Assembly (NCBI GenBank): GCA_951406725.2
Contig: OX597834.1
Span: forward strand, 16,368,001 to 16,432,000
Reading direction: 5' to 3'
Source: Octopus vulgaris
Lineage: Eukaryota
DNA: 64,000 bases
Every line of letters starts with the position of its first letter. Within the stretch, counting starts at the first letter, position 1. A model generated the notes under the pieces. That model saw only the letters and a program-made list of their open reading frames with translations. It ran no database searches and was not told the origin of the DNA. Shown here piece after piece: positions 1 through 10,594 of this stretch. The position numbers and the translations under genes were made by a program.

Positions 1-380
1 CATGCTGGGGCACCGCCTTGAAGGGCTTCAGTCAAACAATTCAACGAAGGACGTGTTATTTTTTGAAGCCCAATATTTATTCAGGGACATATAGGTCACT
101 TTTGCCAAACTGCTAAGTTACAGGGACATAAACACACAAACACCAGCTGTCAAGCAGTGGTGGAGGACAAATACAGACAGACACACATAGATATATGTAT
201 ATATATATACATATACAAAACAAGCTTTTTTCATTTTCTGTCTACCAAATCCACTCACAAGGCTTTGGTTGGCCTGAGGCTGTAGTAGAAGACACTTGCC
301 CAAGATGCCAAGCAGTGGGACTGAACTCAGAACCATGTGATTGAGAAGCAAGCTTCTTACCACACAGCCATGACTGCACC
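1..380 (-). mobile_element. tRNA-derived SINE family A, cut by the window edge
   Basis: Reverse complement of the family consensus seen at 5571-5980 (ccaaatccactcacaaggctttgg...gacacttgcccaag...cttaccacacagcca). Confidence 0.85.
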
Positions 381-1418
381 TATAAAACAATTCCTAATTC
401 TCAACTATATTTTTGCTGCTGTCAGGTCACCATACTTTGGTTTCAAGAAGCTGCACTGTTTTTCCATTCCACCGTCATGACACTGATGGGCAACACCTTA
501 TACGTCTGTCCTCATTTATCACAAGTGTTTGACTCAAGAAAAGGAAAAGAACCAGTGATAAATGATAAATGGATAACAGTACATATGGGAATAAACTGGT
601 TTCGTTGCAAGACCCCAAGCTGTCTTGAGCATTGTGGATGGTCACTGGAGCATGCTTTTGTCGTCCAAGCAGCATCTTTCTTCCCCTGATCATTGACCCA
701 TGTTATCAAAGATCAATTTATGACAAGCATAACACAGTTCACAATTGAGCATCCTGTGTTAGCTGGATCAGTGATAAATGGATCGGCAATAAATGAATAA
801 ACAAGGACAGATGTACTTGCTCTTAATGTTTTGTTCTTAATATTTTGAAGCAAGAGAAATGATAATTAAATCTTCTCACAGAACAAAACCTGATTTCTCC
901 CTAAGCCCTTGTTTCATAGGAAAAAAAAAAAAACAAGCTCTTACAGATAAATTTTTCTGTTTATCAGATGGCAGAGCTTCATCCTGCTTCTATAACAGTC
1001 ATACTTATTTTACAACTATCACACAATGCCACAAGAAGGACAGACAGACACACACACACACACACGATGGACTCTCCTCTCGAAGACAACATATGAGCAT
1101 AAAGCTTTTTGCCTAACGACCTGCACAAATGATTTGTTTATAGGAATCAAATGTTCGTGCTGCACATTAGTTCGCTCTCTCCATCAAATCGACATTGTCT
1201 GAACGGGTTCAAAGGTAACACACAGCAACATGAGACGAAGTGTTTTGATCAAAAACACAATGCACCACTCAGTCTAGGAATTTGAAATCATAATCGCTAG
1301 ACCAGGAGTGCAACACCCTGACCGCTAAGTTATACGCCAGTGGGCTTCTTTCAGTTTCCATCTACCAAATCCATTCACAAGGCTTTGGTCACAGCCCATG
1401 GCTACAGCAGAAGACACT

Positions 1419-1632
1419 GCCGTCCAAGAATTTGAACCTGGAGATCTCCATTTCCAGCGACTTCGAGGGCCACCTCCCAGTGGTGTCGGGCGTCAACGAA
1501 GAACCCTCGACTACAACAAGACGACCAAGTTTTTTTGGGTTTTTTTTGCCAAGGTCTGGGGTCTCCCGCCCCTAAGCCCTAGACCATCACCTAATCACCC
1601 TTACCCGTCTTGTTGCTTAACAACAACAACAG
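1419..1632 (+). mobile_element. 214-bp structured insertion with (CAA)n tail inside a SINE A fragment
   Basis: 14-bp direct repeat CAGCAGAAGACACT at 1405-1418 and 1633-1646; ends ttaacaacaacaacag; several internal stems. Confidence 0.5.
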
Positions 1633-2207
1633 CAGCAGAAGACACTTGCCCAAGGTTCCAAGCAGTAAATCTGAATCTGAAACTACAAGCGCACCAAAAA
1701 TATAGGCGTCTTGTGACTGAACGTGATGTCATCATCATGCAATATCATTAAACACAGATTTAATGTCTTGTGAAGTCGCTTTTCTTCTGACCAACCACAG
1801 ACCAGAATATCGTCATCAATATTACTTATGTCAGGTTTGGATTTAGAAATAGTTCCACTGATGAAAAATGGACAGATAATTAGTTTTACATAGATGTAAA
1901 TGGAAATACGAGCAAATGGAAACCATTGTGTTTTATTTGTGAAAATTATGGTAGCGCTGCTAAATGATAGAACTACTACTTATATCACTGACAACGCTGA
2001 CCAATAATAACCGAGTAGCAAGGGTCACCGATGACAAGGAACAATAGAAAGAAGATTCAGCATTCGGCTTTTAAACAGCTACACAATAGTGACGTCATTA
2101 TTTTATGAAAATTTTGGTAAATTTGCATATAATGTGATTAAAGTTATTTAACCCTTTCGTTTCTGTATTTATTTTGAGATGTTCTGTGTTTCTCTCAATT
2201 ACTTTAA

Positions 2208-2492
2208 ATCACCATCATCATCGTTTAGCGTCCGCTTTCCATGCTAGCATGGGTTGGACGGTTCAACTGGGGTCTGCGAAGCCAGAAGGCTGCACCAGGC
2301 CCAGTCTGATCTGGCAGTGTTTCTACGGCTGGATGCCCTTCCTAACGCCAACCGCTCCGTGAGTGTAGTGGGTGCTTTTTACGTGCCACCGGCACAGCTG
2401 GCAAACAGCCACGATCGGATGGTGCTTTTTACGTGCCAACAGCACGGGGGCCAGGTGAGGCTTTGGCAAACGGCCACAGTCGGATGGTGCTT
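2208..2492 (-). mobile_element. RTE-type LINE 3' end, or derived short retroposon, with (GAT)n tail (family E)
   Basis: catcatcatcgtttagcgtccgctttccatgctagcatgggttggacg...ctggatgcccttcctaacgccaacc. Recurs at about 9025-9210, 18611-18990, 28593-28870, 32845-33245, 47577-47915 and 57684-58060. Confidence 0.8.
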
Positions 2493-2882
2493 TGAATTTT
2501 GTAAAATAACTTGGTTATCATTAAGCTAGTGTTAGGAACAGTAATTGATGACTGTTATCTATTTATACGTATGGATGGATGGATGTACATAGGTGGAAAC
2601 TGAGTAGAAGTCCACCATATATAAGTGTGTGTGTGTGTGTGAGTGTTTTTGTCTCCCCACCATCACCATCACTTGACAATCAGTATTGGTTTGTTTACAT
2701 CCCCATAACTGAACGGTCTGGGAAAAAGAGACCAATAGAAATACCAAACTTAAAAATTTTTTTTTTAAACTACTGGGGGCCTATTCATCCAACCTAAAAA
2801 CCCTTCAAGGTGGTGACCCAGCATGGCCACAGTCCAATGACTGAAACAAGTAAAATATATAAAAAAAAGGGGTTTTCTTTAC

Positions 2883-3007
2883 CTTCAAAAACTTCAGGTG
2901 CCATCCATGCAGCACTCCCTTTATTGTTTGTCATATGCGTCTGAATGTCACAAGCAGTACCAAAGTCACAAATCTTCAATACTTTTCCACCCATTATCAG
3001 CAGCAAA
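2883..3007 (-). CDS. MAP3K7: MAP3K7/TAK1 exon, 125 nt (equivalent to human exon 6): [43 protein letters not shown]
   Basis: Within ORF 2794..3006. Acceptor ccttcttttgcag|T, donor GAAG|gtaaag. DFG motif plus the TAK1-diagnostic activation loop [22 protein letters not shown]. Confidence 0.97.
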
Positions 3008-3959
3008 CTGCAAAAGAAGGTCAGAGGTCAATTATGTAAGAGCCACACTGTACTGGCATAGAGTAAAATATAGAATTAAGGATTGAAAAAATGAGTACAA
3101 GAATTCGGTAATTATTCCTTTCCAGGTATGGTCGTGTGTGGTTAAGAAGCAAATTTTGCAGCCATGTGGTTTCTGGTTCGGTTCCACTCTGCAACACCTT
3201 GGGCAAGTGACTTTTATTATAGTCTTGGGTCAAGCAATGCCTTGTGAGAGAATTTCATAGACAGAAACTGTGCGGAAGCCTTGTGTGTGTGTGTGTGTGT
3301 GTGTTTTGGTTGGTGTTAGGAAGGGCATCCAGCAAAATAAAAACCCTGCCAAACCAGACAGTGAAGCCTGGTGCAGTCCCCTGCCTGGCCAGCTCCTGTT
3401 AAACCGTCCAATCCATACCAGCATGGAGAGTAGACATAAAATGATGCTGACAATGATGATGATGTCATCTTCCTTCCCACCACTTGACAACCAGAGCTGG
3501 TTAGTTTACATTCATGTGACTTAGTGGTTAAGCAAAAGAGAACTGATAAAATACATTTAAAAAAAAAAAAGCATATGTACTCTGGTCATTTTGTTTGACT
3601 AAATACTTTCAAGGCAATGCTCTAGCATGGCCACAGTTCAATGATCAAAACAAGTAAAAGGTAAAAAAGTTATATTGCTGCTCTCCACCTCCCTCTTTTT
3701 AAGTATTGCTACCCATCACCTCCTCCTCCTCCTCTTCTTCTTTGACCCATTCCTATTTTCCTTCACCCCCACCCCAAACACATATTCACCACTGACAGCA
3801 CATTCATCCATGTTCACCATTCACTGCAGCCACTTCTATCCCCATCTCCAATTGTTGGTCACCCTCCTGTCACACTCTCAAAAACCCCCACCCACCCAAC
3901 CATCTCAATTCTCTGTCCCTGTTCTCTCTTTCTATAACTTTTTGTGCCATGAGGGTACA

Positions 3960-4810
3960 CCCATGGCACCATCACCAGTGCTCTTTACAGGGCACCAGCA
4001 CCAATTCTTTTTATGTGGCACCATCACCACTGCTTTTTACATGACACCATCACCACTGCTTTTTACATGACACCATCACCATTGCTTTTTACATGGCACC
4101 AGCACCATTGCTTTTTACATGGCACCATCACCATTGCTTTTTACATGGCACCATCACCATTGCTTTTTATGTGGTACCATCACCATTACTTTTTACATGG
4201 CACCATCACCATTGCTTTTTACATCACACCATCACCATTGCTTTTTACGTGGCACCATCACCATTGCTTTTTATGTGGTACCATCACCATTACTTTTTAC
4301 ATGGCACCATCACCACTGCTTTTTACATGACACCATCACCACTGCTTTTTACATGGCACCATCACCACTGCTTTTTACATGGCACCATCACCACTGCTTT
4401 TTACATGACACCATCACCACTGCTTTTTACATGGCACCAGCACCATTGCTTTTTACATGGCACCAGTACCATTGCTTTTTACATGGCACCATCACCACTG
4501 CTTTTACTGTGGCACCATAACCATTGCTTTTTACATGGTACCATCACCAATTATTTTTATGAGGCACCATCACCAATGCTTTTTACAGGGCACTATCACC
4601 ACTGCTTTTTATGTGGTACCAGCACCAATTCTTTTTATGTGGCACCATCACCAGTGCTTTTTACATGGCACCATTACCACTGCTTTTTACGTGGCACCAT
4701 CACAAGTACTTTTTTATGTGACACCAGTACAAGTGCTTTTAACATGGCACCAGCACACACACCAGTGCTTTTTACGTGGCACCAGCATAGTGCTTTTTTA
4801 CAGGGCACCT
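3960..4810. repeat. 26-bp minisatellite, about 32 copies (CATCACCATTGCTTTTTACATGGCAC)
   Basis: Directly visible tandem units. The 26-aa periodicity of ORFs 4013-5007 (three 26-nt units) confirms the unit length. Confidence 0.95.
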
Positions 4811-4839
4811 TGGTTTTAGGATTTCAATTCTGTTGTGGA

Positions 4840-4995
4840 ATGTGGGTCTTCTCAAGTACAGCAATGTACCACATATCTCAGACCCCTGTCATCTTTCATA
4901 AGGTTCAGCGTTTTGAGATTGGCTTTAAATACTTCGTCCCATGTCTTCCTGGCTCCCATTCTTCTACAACTGCTCTCCACTTTAAGCGATCGGCA
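4840..4995 (-). mobile_element. RTE LINE ORF C-terminal remnant
   Basis: Translation LKVESSCRRMGARKTWDEVFKANLKTLNL resembles the RTE C-terminal motif (RxRGRPRKTWxExV); it runs on into family E 3'UTR-like sequence. Confidence 0.7.
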
Positions 4996-5546
4996 TACAG
5001 ACGTTAAATGATGATGATGATAACGATGAAGAAGCAGTGAATTAGAATTTTTGCATTTGTGAAAACTGAAATGTGCATTGAGAGAAAACCCAAATATGTG
5101 CATTGGTCAAAATTGAAAAAAAAAAAAAAAATGCACCTCGATGAAAATTGAAACGCACATCAATAAATTTTTGAAATGTCCAATGGTGGAAACATCATGT
5201 TCGAATGTGCAACAGTGAACATTCTAATGTGCATCATTCAAAATTCATACGTGCATCGATCAAAATTGAAACCTTCATCACTCAAAATTGAAATAATGTG
5301 CATCAATGAATATTAAAATGTGCACTGGGGAAAAGAGAAGGTGAACAGCAGAAGAGAGCAGAGGAATTTGTGGTGGTGGGGGGGGGGGGTGAATAGAAAT
5401 TACAAGAATTAAATTTAAGTGGAAAATTAGTGGAATCGTCCTGGTGTCTCACTGCCATTTGAAAGGACACTGGTTCATATTCTATCCTTGCTACTGGTCC
5501 ATCTGCATGACCAAAACACATGTAAATCTCTTGTTGTGTCCACATA

Positions 5547-5980
5547 GGCGCAGGAGTGGCTGTGTGGATAGGCGCAGGAGTGGCTGTGTGGTAAGTAGCT
5601 TGCTAACCAACCACATGGTTCCAGGTTCAGTCCCACTGCGTGGCATCTTGGGCAAGTGTCTTCTGCTATAGCCTCGGGCCGACCAAAGCCTTGTGAGTGG
5701 ATTTGGTCGACGGAAACTGAAAGAAGCCTTTCGTATATATGTATATATATATATATATGTATGTTTGTATTTGTGTGTCTGTGTTTGTCCCCCTAGCATT
5801 GCTTGACAACCGATGCTGGTGTGTTTACGTCCCTGTCACTTAGTGGTTCGGCAAAAAGAGACCAATAGAATAAGTACTGGGCTTACAAAGAATAAGTCCC
5901 GGGGTCGGTTTGCTCGACTAAAGGTGGTGCTCCAGCATGGCCACAGTCAAATGACTGAAACAAGTAAAAGAGTAAAGAGT
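5547..5980 (+). mobile_element. SINE family A, full length, with duplicated 5' head
   Basis: Pol III A box TGGCTGTGTGGT, B box GGTTCAGTCCC, CORE-like cttgggcaagtgtctt, central (TA)n/(TG)n and tail gaaacaagtaaaagagtaaagag. The first 24 bp are tandemly duplicated. Confidence 0.92.
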
Positions 5981-6351
5981 ATACCCATAAACATTGAGTC
6001 ATCCCATAAATAATACAGCTTTTTCAAAAGCACGAACCAAAAGTCGGAGCGGGCGGGCTAAACTACCTGCATCAACTTGCTATAAAAGCAGGTAGTAATT
6101 TTACTTTATTTACATTATTTACATTGTAATTTGTAACTTCGGTTTGTATTTTTTGAAAGATAATCAAACCAAATGTTCGTCTTTCCAAGTCACACTCAGC
6201 TGAGTCAACTGGAGCAACGTGAAATAAAGTGTCTTGCTCAAGAACACAACACACAGCCCGGTCCAGGATTCGAACTCACAACCTCACGATCATAAGCTCC
6301 ACGCTCTAACCACTGAGCCATGCACCTTCTCATAACTATATTATATAACAA

Positions 6352-6753
6352 CTAGCAGTATCGCCCAGCGTTGCTCGGGTTTATAAGGGAAATAACTATA
6401 TAAGCACTTTTAGAGAGTTATAGCCAAAAATTAGCAAAAAAATGCATTAAAAATGGAAAAAAATTATGGTAAATTTTTTTTTAAATCGTTGACTCATCGT
6501 AGACATTTTTAGAGAGTTACTTCCCTTATATAATAGCGAAAAAATGCATTAAAAATGGGAAAAAATGATGGTAAATTATTTTTTAAATCGTAGACTCATC
6601 GTAGACGCACACTAATACCCAGAAGGGCTCGATATGAATCATGACTATGAGATACCCGGTTTTGGTTAAACTGCACCGCAAAATGTGGGAGTAGTTAAGA
6701 ATCTAAATCGTAGGAGACAGACACTCACACAACTTCACTTTTATATATAAAGA
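6352..6753 (-). mobile_element. Non-autonomous Helitron
   Basis: Minus strand starts A|TCTTTATATATAAAAG and ends with hairpin CCCGAGCAACGCTGGG, then CTAG|T. Inserted between A and T with no TSD, the canonical Helitron termini. Confidence 0.85.
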
Positions 6754-7536
6754 TATATAATACATATGCATAATATACTTATACATCAGATAACTATATT
6801 ATATAACAATACATAATATATATGTATACCAATATATAATAATTATACATTCTATAACTATATTACATAAGACTATATAATATATAAGTATACCAATGTA
6901 TAATATAGAAAGACATTACATAATATATTGCATATGCACAATATAGCTATACATTATTTAATGAAATCCCTCTGAAATCTTCATTAAATTGAACATTAGT
7001 AGAAACATACAAGTTGTCTTCTCATTAGAAATATAATCACGAAAAGGGTTAATTATAAAAATGCTATGCTTAGTCAAGAGAAATCAATATTTTCAATAAC
7101 ATTTGTATGCATATATGTGCATTAATGGGTGTACGGATGTATATCAACGTGAATTTATGCATGTGAGAGTGAGTGTATGTATGTGATTGAGGGAGTGTAC
7201 TTGGATGTTTAGGAGTGGGTGTCTGTGTGAGTTGTATATACATACAAGCGTGCATTAAGGAGTGCGGGTGCACATGTGTGTAAATCAATGTCTATTTGCA
7301 TAAACGCGCATGTGCATTCATTTACCTGCATGTGTGTGTGTAGCGGTGTCTGTATACATACATGTGTGGGTGTATGTAGTGGCATCTGTATACATGCCTG
7401 TGTGTGTATATGTATGTGTATATACACATATTTGTTTCTGCATGATGCAAATATAGTCAAATTTAACTCAAGTATATAACTATCATCATCATCATCATTT
7501 GACATTAATGTTCCATGCTGGTATGGGTTGATAGAT

Positions 7537-7772
7537 AGGAAGGCGGTGAGCTGGCTGAAACGTTAGCACGCCGGGCGAAATGAGTAGCCGTATTTCGTCT
7601 GCCGTTAAATTCTGAGTTCAAATACCGCCGAGGTCTACTTTGCCTTTCATCCTTTAAGGGTCGATAAATTAAGAACCAGTTTCGCACTGGGGTCGATCTA
7701 ATCAACTTAATCCGTTTGTCTGTCCTTGTTTGTCCCCTCTGTGTTTAGCCCCTTGTGGGTAATAAAGAAATA
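7537..7772 (+). mobile_element. SINE family B, full length, with 17-bp TSD
   Basis: ggcggtgagctggc...gagttcaaataccgccgagg...gcctttcatcc...gtcgataaattaag...aaagaaata. TSD GGTATGGGTTGATAGAT at 7520-7536 and 7773-7789. Confidence 0.9.
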
Positions 7773-7879
7773 GGTATGGGTTGATAGATTTGTCAGACAG
7801 AAACTGAGTGGTAGCTCATCACACACACACACACACACACGGACGCACACACGCACATGACAATCTCACTAATGATAAT

Positions 7880-8400
7880 GATGATGATGTCCAATATTTT
7901 AAATTCAGGTTTGTCCCCGTGAACAGGGGTGGCTTGATCTACCTCAGTCTTACACCAACTGCTCTCACACCATCTCACCTAGTTTTGGGCATGCTCCCTC
8001 CTCAAGCCAGCACTCCCAATCACCTCCTCCACCTGTCCCCTCCAGGTTTTCTTTGGTCAACCTCACTTTCACAGTTCATTCACTTTAAACTCAAGCCAAA
8101 ACCTTGTGAGTGGATCTGGCAGACGGAAACTGAAAGAAGCCCGTCACTTTCACAGTTCATTCACTTTAAACTCAAGCGCTCTCCTCAGAACATGATCCGC
8201 ATCCCTCCTCAACACACATCCATACCACTCCATACCACTCCCTTGCCAGATGCTCCACTGATTCCTTCAACCCCAGCATCCCCATCAAGTCCTCAGCCCT
8301 CCAATAGTTTCACACCACACTTTGCTCTCTCGGTCCTTCCCAAAACTGCCATTTTGCTTTCCCTCAGACGCAATGTCTCACTCCCATACAGCACTGAAGA
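7880..8400 (-). mobile_element. Degenerate RTE (BovB-like) LINE 3' fragment
   Basis: Minus-strand translation pieces SVLYGSETLRLRE...WYGCVLRRDADHVLRRALEFKV...PKKTWRGQVEE, with frameshifts. Confidence 0.75.
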
Positions 8401-8709
8401 CCTCACACACAAAAAACAAAAAAAACCACCCAACACACTCTGCAAAGTGGTTGGTGTTAAGAATGGCATCCACCTATAGACTCTATGCCAAAGCGAACAA
8501 CAAAGCTAGGCACAGCCCTCTCACCTGTCGGATCCTGTCACAATGGACATTGTCCGAGCCATGCCAGCCATGCCAGCACATATTAAGGATGTAAATGATG
8601 ATGATGATATAAATATACCAATATGCAATATGCCATGCTTGAGTAGAAGACCCATCAAGCCAAGTGAGATTATAATCATGGTACATACTGGTGTCATGCA
8701 ACTGGCACC

Positions 8710-8746
8710 TGTGGTGGTGGTGGTAGTAGTAGTGGTGGTGGTGATG

Positions 8747-8778
<32 letters not shown>

Positions 8779-8811
8779 GGTGGTAGTAGTAGTAGTGGTG
8801 TGGTGGTGGTG

Positions 8812-8864
<53 letters not shown>

Positions 8865-8871
8865 TGTGGTG

Positions 8872-8963
<92 letters not shown>

Positions 8964-9022
8964 GGTGGTGGTAGTAGTGGTAGCAGTGGTGGTGGTGGTG
9001 GTGGTGGTAGTAGTAGTAGTAC
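8710..9022. repeat. Compound (GTG)n/(GTA)n microsatellite
   Basis: Directly visible; source of the poly-V/T/H/Y ORFs. A similar tract lies at 10694-11225. Confidence 0.95.
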
Positions 9023-10455
9023 ATGTCACTGTGCCAGTGACATGTAAAAGCAGCCATCACACTCTCAGAGTGGTTGGTGTTAGGAAGGGCTCCAACTGTA
9101 GAAACCATACTAAATCAGACTGGAGTCTGGTGCAGCCCCTCAGCTTGCCAGCCCTGGTCAAACCATTCAACCCATGCCAGCATGGGCAATAGATGTTAAA
9201 TGACGATGATTATACAAAGGTCTTTGTTTTTTGTGTTGCAAGTGACTTGGTGACCCTGCCAGTGCTGGTGCCACATAAAAAACACCCAATCAACTCTGCT
9301 GGGTGGTTGGTGGTTAGAAAGACCAAAACAGATACAGAAGTCTGGTGCAGTCTTCCGCTTGCCCAGCTCCTGTCAAACCGTCCAACCGATGCTAGCAAGA
9401 AAAGCAGACATTAAATGATAACATACACACAGACACACACACACATGGTGGAGCAGGGGGAATCCCCTTGATTTGTCATCATGTAATGGAAAGAAGCATC
9501 ACCAATGTACAAGCAATGTCTTATCTCCAACCTTTTATATAAGGACATCCATGCATGGGGCAAATGTCTTCTACAACAGATCCAGGCTTACCATACCTTA
9601 TGAAGAATTTCATCAACGTCGTCATCATCGTTTTTTAATGTCTGTATTCCATGCTGGTATGGGTTGGACGATTTGACAGGAGCTAAAAAGCCAGAGAGCT
9701 GCACCAGGTCCCTACTGTCTATTTTATGGCAAGGTTTCTACAGTTGGATGCCCTTCTTAATGCCAACCACTTTACAGAGAGTACTGGGTGCATTTTATGT
9801 GGCACCAGTATGGAAACCGGAAGACAGAAATTGCATGGAAGCCCATCGTGTATGAGTGAGTGTGAGAGTGTGAGTGCATGTGTGTGTGAGTGTATGAGAG
9901 TGTGTTCATGAGAGAAAGTGTGTATGAATGTGCGTGTGTGTGTGTGTGTGGATGAGTGGGTGAGTGGGTGAGTGAGTGTGTGTGTGTGTGAGTGCATGTG
10001 AGAGAATGTGAGTGCGTGTGTGAGAGCGTGTTTGTGAGAGAAAGTGTGTGAGCGTGTGTGTGTGTGAGAGCATGTGTGTGTGAGAGCATGTGTGTGTGAG
10101 AGCGTGTTTGTGAGAGAAAGTGTGTGTGAGTGAGTGCATGAGAATATGTGTGCGTGTGTGTGTGTGTGTGTGTGCGTGAGTGAGTGAGACAGACAGACAA
10201 AGTTCGTGTGTATGTGTGCATTTTGTCTGTGCTTGACAGTGGTTTGTCTATGATGTCCCTGAAACTTAGCAGTTCAGCAAGAGAGACCAACAGAAAAAGT
10301 ACAAGTGCAACTCTTTAAAAAACAAGTACTAGGCACGACTCGTTTGACTAAAAAACCCTTCAAGGCAGTGGCCCCAGGAGGGCCGCAATCCAACGACTGA
10401 AACAAGCAAAAACAACAACAAAAAAAAACGGATAAAGATATAAAGTGTTATTTAC

Positions 10456-10594
10456 TTGGGTGGTTTGAGATCTCTATGAATGAGAGCTTTTGGTTTCATA
10501 CTGTGCAGATATTCCACGCCTCTGGCACACTGCAGGGCCCAGCTGATGGCATGGGCTGCAGTGTATGCAGGTTGCGGGCCAGCTCCGTGAAGAA
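10456..10594 (-). CDS. MAP3K7: MAP3K7/TAK1 exon, 139 nt (equivalent to human exon 5): [46 protein letters not shown]
   Basis: Within ORF 10452..10634. Acceptor ctcttttattttccag|TT, donor CCCAA|gtaaat. Contains the TAK1-type catalytic loop HRDLKPPN; phases 1 and 2 fit the neighbouring exons. Confidence 0.97.

Larger units (their letters stand above)
3008..10455 (-). other. MAP3K7: MAP3K7 intron (7448 nt, GT-AG, phase 2)
   Basis: Bounded by the donor at 10455-10454 and the acceptor AG at 3009-3008; AA|T restores Asn of HRDLKPPN. Confidence 0.9.

Noticed and set aside
565-665. Pogo/Tigger DDE-like peptides (KWITVHMGINWF, VLSIVDGHWS)
   Set aside because: Short, in different frames and unconfirmable without a search. 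The adjacent 700-800 is a dispersed repeat (inverted copy at about 52515-52615).
3960-5007. 304-aa His-rich ORF and CRISPR-like periodicity
   Set aside because: Contiguous 26-bp tandem units with no unique spacers, no cas genes and a eukaryotic context. The ORF is open only because the unit lacks stops.
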